Assembly (NCBI RefSeq): GCF_006345805.1
Contig: NC_043021.1
Location: forward strand, 11,284,001 to 11,348,000
Origin: Octopus sinensis
Taxonomy: Eukaryota
DNA length: 64,000 bases
Direction of reading: 5' to 3'
A program made the position numbers and the translations under genes. Numbering within the stretch: the stretch's first letter is position 1; every line of letters begins with the position of its first letter. This document shows, piece by piece, positions 1-12,082 of this stretch. The notes below the pieces were generated by a model, which saw only the letters and a program-made list of their open reading frames with translations, was not told the origin of the DNA and did not search any database.

Positions 1-162
1 TCCTAATGCCAACCACTCAGCACCTTGGCCAAGTGTCTTCTACTATAGCGAGTGGATTTGGTAGACGGAAACTGAAAGAAGCCCATGGTATATATGTATA
101 TATATATATATATCATCATCATCATCATCATCATCGTTTAACGTCCGTTCTCCATGCTAGCA

Positions 163-203
<41 letters not shown>

Positions 204-513
204 GGTGTGTATATGTTTGTGTGTCTGTGTTTGTCCCCCAACATCACTTGACAACCAATGCTGGTGTGTTTACGTCCCCGTAACTTAGCGTTTCGGAAAA
301 AAGTGACCGATAGAATAAGTACTAGGCTTACAAAGAATAAGTCCTGGGTTCGATTTGCTCGACTAAAGGCGGTGCTCCAGCATGGCCACAGTCAAATGAC
401 TGAAACCAGTAAAAGAGTGAATACCCCATATATTAACATGCTTGCATAGGATATAAAAAAAAGGCAACAAGGGAGCAAATAAGGAAGAAGGGATATAGTA
501 ACAGAGTCCTTAC

Positions 514-599
514 TGTCCCTGATCCAAAAGGAGGTTTGTGACATTGTCCATGACATCCAGGATTATAATAGGATGGAAGAAAATTTGGGAAACATCCAA
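514..599 (-). CDS. RNF215: RNF215-like exon 4; gene continues beyond the left edge (TM and RING exons not seen)
   Basis: Acceptor ttgtcattgcag and donor CA|gtaagg. Encodes LDVSQIFFHPIIILDVMDNVTNLLLDQG, matching recalled RNF215 [24 protein letters not shown]. Confidence 0.82.
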
Positions 600-934
600 C
601 TGCAATGACAACAACAATAAAGAACACTTTAGGCCTGTGATTCTCAACTGGGGTTCGTGCGGCCCTTTAGGGTCCGTTTATAAGATTTTGTTGTTAAATA
701 TTTATTTGCAATAAATTGGTTATATTTCTATGGTACACCAAATATTTAAAACTTTTTTTATACACAGTTCTTAATAATATTTAATTATGAGAATATAACA
801 GGATGTATTTGAAAAAAAAAAAAAATTGAATGAGCTAGGAGGGTCCATTTGAATAAAAATAGGAATCAAAGGGGTCCACAGGTAAAAAGTGGTTGAGACA
901 CACTGATTTAGAATATAGATGACAATGATGATCG

Positions 935-1290
935 GTGGTGGTGGTGGTGTTGCTGTTGGTGGTGGTGGTGGTGTTGTTGATAGTGGTGGTGGTGGTGGTG
1001 GTGGTGGTAGTGGTGGTGGTGGCAGTGGTGATGGTGGTGGTGGTGATAGTGGTGGCGACGGTGGTGATAGTGGTGGCGACGGTGGTGATAGTGGTGGTGG
1101 TGGTAATGGTGGGGATGTTGATGATAGCCATGGTGATACAGTAGAGATGACAATGACGATGATAACGACTACAAAATGGAGGTGATGATGATGGTGATGA
1201 TGGTAAATAGGATGATAGTAATGATGGTGATGATGATGGCAGCAATTAAGATGATTGTAATAATGATGATGATGATGATGAACAAAGACA
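935..1290. repeat. (GGT)n/(GAT)n microsatellite
   Basis: Read directly; it generates several spurious homopolymer ORFs. Confidence 0.9.
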
Positions 1291-2152
1291 GTGACTATGT
1301 TAATAATGACAATGTTGATTATACTGTTTACAGCCACAAGGCCACAAATACATAATCAGGGGGACTCTGGGGTGGGAGCGCATGTCTCTCTCTCTGTATT
1401 TGTCCCCACCACCACAGCTTGACAGCCAGTGTTGGTTTGTTTGCATTCCCAGAACTTGGCAAAAGACCCCAACAGACTGAGCATCAGATTTTAAGAAGAC
1501 ACAGGTAACTATTTCTTTATTACCCACAAGGGGCTAAACACAGAGGGGACAAACAAGGACAGACATAGGTATTAAGTCGATTACATCTACTCCAGTATGT
1601 AACTGGTACTTAATTTATTGACCCCGAAAGGATGAAAGGCAAAGTTGACCTCGGCAGAATTTGAACTCACAACGTAACGGCAGACGAAATATCGCTAAGC
1701 ATTTCGCCCGGCATGCTAACGTTTCTGCCAGCTACACAGGTACCGGCTTCTTTTACAGACTGGACTGGGTACTTGCTTTTCACATGGCACCAGCACTAGC
1801 AATGTCACCAAATAACTTGCAAAACAAAGATCCATATACATACATATTTCAGATATTCTCATTTCAAAAATCATCTCTTGCTAATCTTTGAAAGGACATT
1901 GGTGTTACCTTGGCGGAGGTTAGCGCTCTCTGGGTGCACTTGTTATTATTATTATGATTACTGTTAGCACGCCAGGAGAAATGCTTGGCAGTAATTCATC
2001 TGTCACAACGTTCTGAGTTCAAATTCCACCGAGGTCGACTATGCCTTTCATCCTTTCAGGGGCAATGAAATAAGTACCAGTTATACACTGCAGTCGATGT
2101 AATCAGCTAGCTCCCTCCCCCAAAATTTCAGGCCTTGTGCCTTTAGTAAAAC

Positions 2153-2198
<46 letters not shown>

Positions 2199-2199
<1 letters not shown>

Positions 2200-2680
2200 G
2201 AGTGAGAGAGCAGTGCATGCCATCAAGGTGACACTGGGGTAAAATATACAAAGCCCAGTATACCCATCATGACTACGCATCTGATAAGGGTACAATAGGC
2301 ACATGCATCACAACCATATGTGCGCGACATGGTGTTCTCATATCAAGATAAACAGCACATGACCTTGCAGGTGGGACCCAGTTAGAATTTTCTCCAGGTC
2401 AAGTAGCCTATCCCGCTCAACAGGTCCCTGAATAAGGTGTGTTTAAGGATGTTGAACAAAACATCCATATTTCCAGAGGTGAATTATTCAAACCCCAAAG
2501 AATTCCTCTCAACACATGGCTATGATGCTCCCCCACTACTTCTGCTCGTGATCAGAGATGCACATATCGTCAGCCACTAAGGGACATGCTCAACTGGTTA
2601 CGGTCAAACAACTGACAAGCAAATCTGTGGTATTGAGCAGAATATTTGCTGTAGCCCATCTTTTATATGAAGACACAGCA
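2199..2680 (-). repeat. Interspersed repeat of about 480 bp with an (AAT)n tail (probable LINE 3' UTR); copies at 52753-53235 and partial at 36370-36540
   Basis: Long near-identical matches between the copies, each abutting a (TTA)n tract on the plus strand. Confidence 0.75.
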
Positions 2681-2686
2681 ATGTTA

Positions 2687-2723
<37 letters not shown>

Positions 2724-2993
2724 TATTATTATTATTATTAAAGTGGCAAGCTAGCAGAATCATTAACATGCAGAGCAAAATGTGTAGCAGTATTTCAACT
2801 GTCCTTTACATTCTGAGTTCAAATTCCGCTGAGGTCGACTTTGCCTTTTATTCTTTCGGGGTCGATAAATTAAGTGCCAGTTGCGTACTGGGATCGATCT
2901 AATCAACTGGCCTCCTCCCCCAAAATTTCAGGCCTTGTGCCTAGAGTAGAAAAGATCTTAAGTCAGGTAAAAACACCTTAAGAAAGTACTCAC

Positions 2994-3065
2994 CTCCTTC
3001 AGAATCTGGGGGTTTAGGGTCATTAAAATTATAGCTGAAGCACCTAACATCAATGCTCTTTTGAT
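2994..3065 (-). CDS. RNF215: RNF215-like exon 3 (not in the ORF track)
   Basis: Acceptor ttcttcattgcag and donor GAG|gtgagt; 72 nt. Encodes IKRALMLGASAIILMTLNPQILKE, matching recalled human RNF215 [24 protein letters not shown]. Confidence 0.88.
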
Positions 3066-3146
3066 CTGCAATGAAGAAAAACAAAAATGAAATGAGGGTT
3101 AGCGGTTAACTTCTGTAAGAGAGCGAATGCAAACCTGATGTAAATA

Positions 3147-4300
3147 TATGAGGTGGTATAAAAAATTTTCTGGACTAGTTCTGTAGCATGCCAACAGATG
3201 GCAGCACATGGTTGCATATGCAGGGAGAGCTAGCAGTGACCTTCATGAGGCAGTGTGCTGAGTGAAGTTGCTGTGTTTATTTTGTAAGTTGGGAAATTTG
3301 TGATTTTGCAAGATCATGTGTATGCGATTTTGTCATGGACAGGAAGTTGGAACAAAGAGCCAACGTGAAATTTTTCTGTTAAATTTAGGAATCTGTTACA
3401 GAGACATTGAGTATGCTTGGGCAAGCTTATGGTGACAAGGCAATGGGTCGTATACCACGTTTTGAGGGGCATGGGAGCTTCAAAAGCAGAAAAGCATCTC
3501 CAGGTGAGCTGGCAGAAACATTAGCACGCCAGGTGAAATGCTTAGAGATATTTTGTCTACCACTATATTCTGAGTTCAAATTCCACCGAAGTCGACTTTT
3601 TCATCCTTTCGGAGTCGATTAAAAAAGTACCAGTTATGCACTGGGGTCGATATAATCGACTTAATCCATTTGTCTGTCCTTGTTTGTCCCCTCTATGTTT
3701 ACCCCTTGTGGGCAATAAAGAAATAAGAAACATTAGCATGCTGGGCGAAATGCTTAGAGGTATTTCGTCTGCAGTTACATTCTGAGTTCAAATTCTGCCG
3801 AGGTCAACTTTGCCTTTCATCCTTTCAGGGTCGATAAATTAAGTACCAGTTACGCATTGGGGTTGATGTAATCGACTTAATCTCTTTGTCTGTCCTTGTT
3901 TGTCTCCTCTATGTCTAGCCTCTTGTGGGCAATAAAGAAATAAGAAAAGCATCCCTAGGTGATGATGAGCAATCTGGAAGACCTGCCATGAGTGTTACTC
4001 CTGAAAATTTGGTATTTTGCAATGACAATTCATCCCCCATGGACCGACTGTCAATCAAGAGTTTTACTGCAAGGTTTTGAAGAATCTGAGGGAGGACATT
4101 TGGAAAAAGCGACCGGATCTGTGGAGCCCTAAGAATTGGGTTCTTCAAAACCACAATGCACCCTGTCGCCAAGTTCTCCTTGCTTGTGAGTTTCTCACCA
4201 AAAACAATATGGCATCACTTCCACACCTGTCCTATTTGCTAGATTTACCACCTCTTCACTAAGAGGAAAATGCAGCTCAAAGGTTGCTGTTTTAACAGCA
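3147..4300 (+). mobile_element. Fossil Tc1/mariner transposon interrupted by a SINE dimer (boundaries approximate)
   Basis: Translated remnants EQRANVKF, SVTETLSMLGQAYGD, DDEQSGRP and LREDIWKKRPDLW..WVLQNHNAP..LPHLSYLLDL correspond to mariner HTH and HHDNAPxH/YSPDL motifs, with frameshifts and an internal deletion. Confidence 0.8.
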
Positions 4301-4705
4301 TTGTCGAGACATGGTAGCCTGGGGTAGTTATCTACCTGGCCAGCCCCTCCTAACCGTCCTACCCATCTATGCATGGAAGACAGATGTTAAACAATGATGT
4401 TGCTGATGGTATATATATGCATATATGTGGCAAATAAGTAAATTGAGGAGAACAATAGGTGGTTCATCAACTTTTGGACATTAAAATGTTAACTTATTTA
4501 TTTATTAAACTGATAATTATAATAACATACATATATATAACATATTGTTCTTTACATATAAGATATAAGATATAAAATATAGTAATATATAAGGATACCA
4601 GTAATTATTATAAAAAACATGAATATAAATTGGTAAAATAACTTACAGCTGTTTCAGCCAATAGATAAAAATACCTCATTCTACCATAATGGAAGAGACG
4701 CCTAC

Positions 4706-4900
4706 CTTATCAATCACAGAACAGTTTCTTTTCCGGTCTTTACTGGACAGAACATTGGAAGAAGAAGAATCAGAGGAGGAGGAAGAAGAAGAAGAAGAAG
4801 TATTTGAGTAATACAACAGTCCGATCCAGCCCTTTGGATAGTTCATCATGACCTTCTCGTTGTCTCCTTCATCTGTAATAGGGTCACAGCTTGGATTGAT
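4706..4900 (-). CDS. RNF215: RNF215-like exon 2 (PA domain; not in the ORF track)
   Basis: Acceptor tttcttttgcaccctttcag and donor AAG|gtaggc; 195 nt, phase 0-0. Encodes INPSCDPITDEGDNEKVMMNYPKGWIGLLYYSN(S-run)...RNCSVIDK; GWIGLLY resembles the GWIAVAY/GWVGVV motif of RNF215/ZNRF3-type PA domains. Confidence 0.85.
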
Positions 4901-5075
4901 CTGAAAGGGTGCAAAAGAAATAGTGTTACCATCATCAGTTGAACTACCATCACTATCATCATCATCAATAACACAATCAACATTGCAATCAGCAATGCTG
5001 TTGTTGTTGTCGATGTTGTTTTAAATTGTCAAAATCCAGTGTCTTCCAGTATTTGTAGCCTTTTATGTGCTCTGC

Positions 5076-5492
5076 TCAGCTCAGCCGATCTCTAACTGTG
5101 AGGGGTAACCCGTGGAAGAGGTAGACCCAGGAAAACATGGGATGAAGTGGTGAAGCACGATCTTCGAATGATGGGCCTCGTGGAGGCAATGACAAGCAAC
5201 CGTGATCTTTGGTGATATTCCACGCTTGAGAAGAATTGCCAAGCCAAGCAAAATCATAGTCATGACCGACGCTGGTACCACGTAACGGGTACCCACGACG
5301 GTGGCGCATAAATGCACCCATACCAGGGTATTCACTACACTCTCGGAGTGGTTGGCATCGGGAAGAGCATCCAGCCATGGAATCCATTCCAAATCAGACT
5401 GGGGCCTGATGCAGCTCTTTAGCTTACCAGTTCCAGTTAAACCGCCTAACCCATTCCAGCATGGAAATCAGACGTTAAATGGTGATGATGAT
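5076..5492 (+). mobile_element. RTE-clade LINE 3' end plus 3' UTR with (GAT)n tail
   Basis: Encodes RGNRGRGRPRKTWDEVVKHDLRMMGL (RTE C-terminus), followed by the abundant cactacactctcggagtggttggc...gttaaa(tga)n tail seen many times in the window. Confidence 0.75.
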
Positions 5493-5924
5493 GGTCAACA
5501 TCATCAGCATAACCATTACCATCAACACCGGCACCATTGGCATAAAAACCACCATCCCTACTATACCCAAAATTTTAACCATTATCCATCATACTCAAAG
5601 CTATTACAACTATATCAGCATCATCATCATCATCATCATCATCATTGGTATTGATACATCGATTGGAAAGCATTTTTTTATTATTATTATTATTGTTATT
5701 ATATTGACCACAAGATCTCAATGAACTGATTTACATGAAGAGAACAGACACGAAAAGATGGGGTTAACAGCGATCAAGAGGGGAAACAATAAAGGATATA
5801 ACAAAAAGATATAAAAATAGGATTCAGAAAAATAAATAAATAGAATCAGCAATAACGAGATAGTCCATGTGGGGTTAATTCGGGAGAGAGGGGAAAACCA
5901 CAGAAAAAAAAGTCCCAGATTTAA

Positions 5925-6686
5925 TCTGCTGAAGAAGAAGAATTGAAGGAGGTGGTGGTGAAGAAGAAGAAGAAGAAGAATTAAGGAGGAGGTGGTGGTG
6001 GTGGTGGAGAAGAATTAAGGAGGAGGTGGTGAAGAAGAAGAAGTGGAGTGAAGAGGAGGAGGGGTGAAGAAGAAGAGGAGGAGGAGTGAAGAAGAAGAAT
6101 TAAGGAAGAGGAGGTTGTGGTGGTGGTGGTGGAGAAGAAGAATTAAGGAGGAGGTGGTGGTGAAGAAGAAGGGGAGTGAAGAGGAGGAGGGGTGAAGAAG
6201 AAGAGGAGGAAGAGGAGGAGTGAAGAAGAAGAATTAAGGAGGAGGTGGTGAAGAAGGGGAGTGAAGAGGAGGTTGTGGTGGTGGTGGTGGTGGTGGAGAA
6301 GAATTAAGGAGGAGGTGGTGGTGGTGGTGAAGAAGGGAGTGAAGAGGAGGGGGGAGGGGTGAAGAAGAAGAATTAAGGAGGAGGTGGTGGTGGTGAAGAA
6401 GGGGAGTGAAGGGGAGGGGGGAGGGGTGAAGAAGAGGAAGAGGAGGAGGAGTGAAGAAGAATTAAGGAGGAGGAGGTTGTGGTGGTGGTGGTGGAGAAGA
6501 ATTAAGGAGGAGGTGGTGGTGGTGAAGAAGAGGAGTGAAGAGGAGGAGGGGTGAAGAAGAAGAGGAGGACGAGGAGGAGAAATGAAGAAGAGGAGGAGGA
6601 GGGGTGAAGAAGAAGAAGAAAAGGAGGAGGAGGAGTGAAGAAGAAGAAGTGGAGAAGGAGGGGGTGAAGAAGAAGAAGAAGAAGAA
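5925..6686. repeat. Compound (GAA/GGA/GGT) purine-rich tract of about 760 bp
   Basis: Almost no C on the plus strand; recurring higher-order unit gaagaagaattaaggaggaggtggtggtg. Confidence 0.9.
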
Positions 6687-6704
6687 CCAAACAATGCAAC
6701 TCAC

Positions 6705-7529
6705 TCTGTAAAGGGTGCCTTGAGTTGCTTTCACGTTGCCTGCCTCCGAATATGTGCCTTCCACCCGGATTGTGTACCCGGGGTGGGTAGACTTGCTGAC
6801 TTCATTTGAATTTTGTTGGCGTCGTAGTTGTCGTCGAATCGACTTACTTCGACTGTTTCTGATGCTATTGTTGCTTACATTGCTTTTGCTATTGTTGTTG
6901 TTGGTGGTGGTGGTGGCTGCAGTTGTGGCGATGGCGTAACTGGGATCATTGTTGTTGTTGTTCTTGTTTCTATTCGCATTGTGATGGTGGTAGTTGTTTT
7001 CTTTGTTGTTGTTGTTGTCGTCGTCCTCGTTTTTCGGAGATTCGAAACTCCGACTCGTTAATATCACATCTGACGTGGATCTCTCTCCTTCTGTATCGAA
7101 ATTTGATGATGACGATGATGATGATGATGACGACGATGACGACGACGATGATGACGATGACGATGACGGTGATGATGATGACGAAGAAGAGTTGGAGTCG
7201 GAACCAGAATTAGATCCAGCTTCATGTTCGGGCCCAGGTCCGGTTTCGGATGCAGACCCGGACTGCGGTTGGGCCGCGGAGTCGTGGGGCATTTGTATGT
7301 TGACGTAGGCAGTCCGGTCCATATCGTTGGCCAGACTTACGGGTACCGTGCAGAGAAAGAGCAGAATGCAGAGATGCGATGCCAGCTGAAGGTAGTGCAC
7401 GGTCCTTGGGTGATGAAACCACCAACCGTACGGCCGGAGGTTGATCCATTGTCCACTGTTCTGAGTGACTAGCTGAGAAAATACCGAACTAACTGAGTGT
7501 AAACCCGTATCGTCACCAACGACAGCCAT
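6705..7529 (-). CDS. RNF215: RNF215-like PA-TM-RING E3 ligase, coding exon 1 (275 codons)
   Basis: ORF from ATG 7529 has a hydrophobic segment (LQLASHLCILLFLCTVPVSLA), poly-S/N low complexity, then GYTIRVEGTYSEAGNVKATQGTLYR. It ends at a strong donor AGA|GTGAGT, phase 0, in frame with the three exons below. Confidence 0.8.
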
Positions 7530-8050
7530 TTTGGAGTGGAGTTAAGTCGAGAAACGAAAACAAACAATTGGCCTCGCTACCAGCTGGCTTCTTTAAGTCA
7601 ATGTGTGTATGTCTATATACCCGTTCAGTTGTGCGTATGCACCTTGTCTGTTAGCCTGAGTCTATGTGTATCTGTTTGACAGGCTATCTATCTAGCGGTC
7701 TATGTACGTCTGTCTGTCAAACTAATTGTCCTTCAGACTTTATGAGTCAGCCTGTTGGCTTTTGTGTCTAGCTATCCGTCTGTATACCCGCTTTTCTCCG
7801 TGTGATCTGTTAGTCTGCCGTTGTTGCTTAACCCTAGGTCGACTCTCACTGGGTAGACCTATGATTAAAGGCGTTCCAACCGTGACCATTGTCGCTTTTT
7901 GTATATCAGGGACTACATTGCCCAATATGTCGGGGATTTGTTTTATTATTTGTTATTGTTTCGTTTGTTTTGTTGTTGTTTTTCAGACAATAAAGCGTAT
8001 CAAGCGGGTAAAATGACCAAGTAGCGATTCCGTAGTTGGCTCGCTGGTAA

Positions 8051-8668
8051 GTGTGTGTGTGTTTGCGTGAGAGAGAGAGTCTTGTCAGTCTCCCTATATG
8101 TCGGGACGCATAAATGTCAATTTGTCAGTCTATCTACTTATCAGTCTATTTATCGATCTATTTACATGTCTTGTCTGTCTCTATTCTTTTTCTTTTACTG
8201 CTTAGCTAGCTAGGTAGCCGTCTACGTATCTAAATATCCACGTCTACCACGGTACTTCCCCCTGCTTGTCCACCTCTCTGCCAATCAATTTTATCTGTCA
8301 TTCTATGTGTGTATGTGTGTGTGTCTTTGTGTATGTGCATGTAAGTATGAGTGTGTGTGTGTTTGCGTGAGAGAGAGAGAGAGTCTTGTCAGTCTCCCTA
8401 TATGTCGGGACGCATAAATGTCAATTTGTCAGTCTATCTACTTATCAGTCTATTTATCGATCTATTTACATGTCTTGTCTGTCTCTATTCTTTTTCTTTT
8501 ACTGCTTAGCTAGCTAGGTAGCCGTCTACGTATCTAAATATCCACGTCTACCACGGTACTTCCCCCTGCTTGTCCACCTCTCTGCCAATCAATTTTATCT
8601 GTCATTCTATGTGTGTATGTGTGTGTGTCTTTGTGTATGTGCATGTAAGTATGAGTGTGTGTGTGTTT
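8051..8668. repeat. Near-perfect tandem duplication of about 300 bp
   Basis: 8051-8350 recurs at 8351-8654, differing essentially only in (GA)n length. Confidence 0.9.
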
Positions 8669-9547
8669 GTGTATGTGCATATGAGTATGAGAGTGTGTGC
8701 TTGTACGTGCGTCTATCAATGTGTGTCTGCAAGCGCCTTATCTTATATATCAGTTTGTCTTTCTGTCCGGTCTGTGTCTGTATGCATGCGTAGATTTATG
8801 TATGTGTGTGTGTGTACGCGTACGTACACTTATTTCTGCGTATGTGTGTATATATATATATATATAATGTCAATCTATGCAAATTTGTATGTCGTCTCTC
8901 TCTCTCACTCAGCAGACATGTGTGAATAAATAGGTAAATAAATAGATAAATAGATACACAAACATATATAAATGTCACTTTGTGTGTATCCGGATTATGG
9001 TGTTTTCTTACAGTCTTTTCGTGCCTCCAGAATAATGCCAATATTTGGTAAACAACAGGGGAAATCTGTTGGTGGTGTATTGTTGCGTCGTTGTTGTTGT
9101 TATGACTTGGTCCACCAAGGGAGATAATGCATCCGGTTGAATAACTGTACATAATAGTAATTAAAAGGGATGGGAGGAACAGGACGATTGGAGTTATCTT
9201 CCTTGTTTTTTTTTCTTCTGTTGATTAAATTATCGACATCTGTTTATCATTTTCTTCCTTTCTTTTTGTTTTTCTTTTTCTGTCTTTGTTAATTTCTATT
9301 TCTATTCAAATCTATTATTTGTTTCAGTCGTTAGAGTGCGGCCTTGCTGAGAAGAATTTTTAGCCGAATGAATTGACCCTCTCCCAGTACTTTTTTTTTT
9401 TTAATAGTTTTTTTTTTAAGCCTTCTACTTATTCTATCGGTGACTTTTGTCGAACCGCTTGATTACGGGTACAGAAACACCTATACCGGTTGTCAAGCAG
9501 TTGTGTGAGACAAACACAGACACAAAGGGACACACACACACACGTAT

Positions 9548-9548
<1 letters not shown>

Positions 9549-9596
<48 letters not shown>

Positions 9597-9645
9597 TAGG
9601 TAGATAGATAGATAGATAATTAGGTAGATAGATAGATAGATAGAT

Positions 9646-9683
<38 letters not shown>

Positions 9684-9830
9684 TAGGTAGGTAGATAGAT
9701 AGATAGATAGATAATTAGGTAGGTAGGTATATAGATAGATAGATAATTAGCTAGGTAGAAAGATAGATAGATAGATAATTAGGTAGAAAGATAGATAGAT
9801 AATTAGGTAGATATATAGATAGATAGATAG
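9549..9830. repeat. (GATA)n/(GGTA)n microsatellite
   Basis: Read directly. Confidence 0.92.
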
Positions 9831-10305
9831 TGGTTACTTGAGTTAGAGGTTAAAATAACTGTCTAAGGAATAGAAGTATCCATTACACTACCAGTATATT
9901 ACCTATATTTAACCATGGGCATACATATGCAAACTTATGTTCATAAGTTATATGTGAAGACAAGGATAAACATAGGTTTCTCAAGAATCAAAGTTTAAAG
10001 AAAACAGAAAATGGAGAACTACTGATGAACAACAATTGACTTTACATCAATTATTATTTATTAATTCAATGCAAATAGACTGCATCCCATCTAACAGCTG
10101 TTTCTGCTTCCAAAGTTGTATTTTTTTTTTTTCTTTATGATGTAAGTGGTGTAACTTTAGGAAATTAAAAAGTTCAACACTGAAAAGGAAATTTGTACTG
10201 CAACATTAGACAAAATATCTGGCAAGTTTAGGGTTGGATGTGACCTGGATTTCTGAATTTTCCGGTTTTCTGGAGAGGTTCTAATATATATAGAAGGAGA
10301 CACTG

Positions 10306-10942
10306 ATGGTCCTATGGAAAACATTCGTCCTCAGCCGTTTGGACTACTGCTCCCAACTATGGTCACCACACAATATAAAACTAACAGCAGAACTCAAAGC
10401 AATTCAGAGAAGCTACACAAAGAAAATCGTCTCAATGCAAAATATCAGCTACTGGGAAAGACTGAAGGTATTAAACCTCTTCTCCCTAGAGTGGAGGTGG
10501 GAGAAATATGCGGTGATATACATCTGGAAAATCCTGGAGGGTCTTGTCCCAAACTTTGGCATTCAAAGTTACCCCAACCGCAGAACGGGGCGCCACTGCA
10601 TGGTGCCAAAGATTCCAACATCACCATCAAAATACAGGTCCAGATACTGCAACAGCTTGGTTTTCAGAGGACCACAGCTCTTTAACATTCTCCCTAAATG
10701 CCTGAGAGACTTACATGGTGTGGATGTGGGTTTCTTTAAAACTAAACTGGATCTCTTCTTGTCGGGAGTCCCAGATGAACCTACCTCACGACAGGAGACG
10801 CAGATGCGGGCAGCAGCGTCGAACTCCCTTGTTGATCAAGTGCCACGTATCAGAGGTGGATTCACATATTAGTGTAGCTCATTCAGCGGTGGTGCCCCAG
10901 CATGGCCGTGGCCTCCGGGCTAAAACATTTTTAAGGATTTAA

Positions 10943-10945
<3 letters not shown>
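10306..10945 (+). mobile_element. CR1-group LINE 3' end (post-RT region and tail)
   Basis: 188-aa ORF with SRLDYCSQLWSP, SYWERLKVLNLFSLE and PQLFNILPK..LDLFLSGVPDEP, typical of the CR1/L2-group ORF2 C-terminus. Confidence 0.85.
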
Positions 10946-10975
<30 letters not shown>

Positions 10976-11008
10976 CTTTGTGTGAGTGAGTGTGTGTGTG
11001 CGTGCATA

Positions 11009-11223
11009 CAAGGGGCGCTGAAAAGTTCCTGGCTTTGGGTAAAAGAAAATACAAGAGGACCAGTTAATTAGGATTTTATTAAACATATTCCCCTCTCAGG
11101 TTCACACACTTATTGCAGTGGTCGTTCAGTTTTTCTAAGCCCTGTAAACAAGTTCGGAAGGTTGGGCCTCCAATCAGCCCTTTCGTGATACCCTTAAAGC
11201 CAGGAACTTTTCAGCCCCCCTCA
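11009..11223. mobile_element. Tc1/mariner-type MITE; copies at 26580-26795, and partial at 26810-26860, 27240-27390 and 30530-30650
   Basis: TIRs (g)gggnnnctgaaaagttcctggcttt / aaagccaggaacttttcagccccc with flanking TA; recurs in the window. Confidence 0.8.
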
Positions 11224-11990
11224 TATACATATCTTTGCTTTTCTTCCTCTTGTCCTTCTTCCTATCTTTCTCTCTCTCTCCCTTTCTCCAAAAAACAAAA
11301 TTTCTTCTTTCGTTTTTGGATTTGGTTTGCAAGATTCTTTATGTGAGTTCGTGTGTTGAAGCATATTCTGTTGTGTTTGGGGAGAGTAATTTTCTTTTTG
11401 TGCCTTATAATTTAACACACTATTGAAAAGGCTGCAAGACGCAACGAAAATTTTAGGAAAATGAAAATAAGAAATAAGTGGAAATTTTACCGGTGAACGT
11501 GTTACATTATAAGGCACAAAAAGAAAATTACTCTCCCCTGACACAACAAATTTTTTTCTCTTCTAGACAAAACAAAACATCTTTTCAATCCATATAAAAG
11601 GCAGAAGAAATTTTCTATGCATTATCTTGATTATATTCGAATGAACGAATGAAAGCGCTAATAAAGAATTATCCGAAATTCTTACTGCCTCCTTCTTAAT
11701 ACACAGTATCTTAATGCACCACTTAAAACTCTCTCTCTCTCTTTACATATAATCAAAATAAGCAACAGGATATCAAATAGTGATGCTGTATGACCATTCC
11801 AAGTAACTCCATTTAATTGAACAATGCAATCAATTTAACATCAATTTAAGTGCAATGCCATCTTCAGCTGCACAAATAAATAAATAAATAGAATTTTAAA
11901 AATAGGACACATTAATATAAATTTTCTTAAAATTTTAACAGAATAAGATGGAAGAAATTCATCCTGCTATTGTAGCTAAGAATAGACTAC

Positions 11991-12027
<37 letters not shown>

Positions 12028-12082
12028 TCTCTATTTGTATCACATCGAAACTAACTATAACTTAATTTTTTTCTCTCACACC

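Noticed and set aside
771-1337. Overlapping 60-190 aa ORFs rich in H/P/T/G/V
   Set aside because: They are translations of (GGT)n/(GAT)n microsatellite in an RNF215 intron, with no splice or domain support.
6143-6704. 183-aa ORF and the apparent C-terminal 80 aa of the 355-aa ORF
   Set aside because: This is read-through into the purine tract; a strong donor at 6704 and three downstream homologous exons define the real frame.
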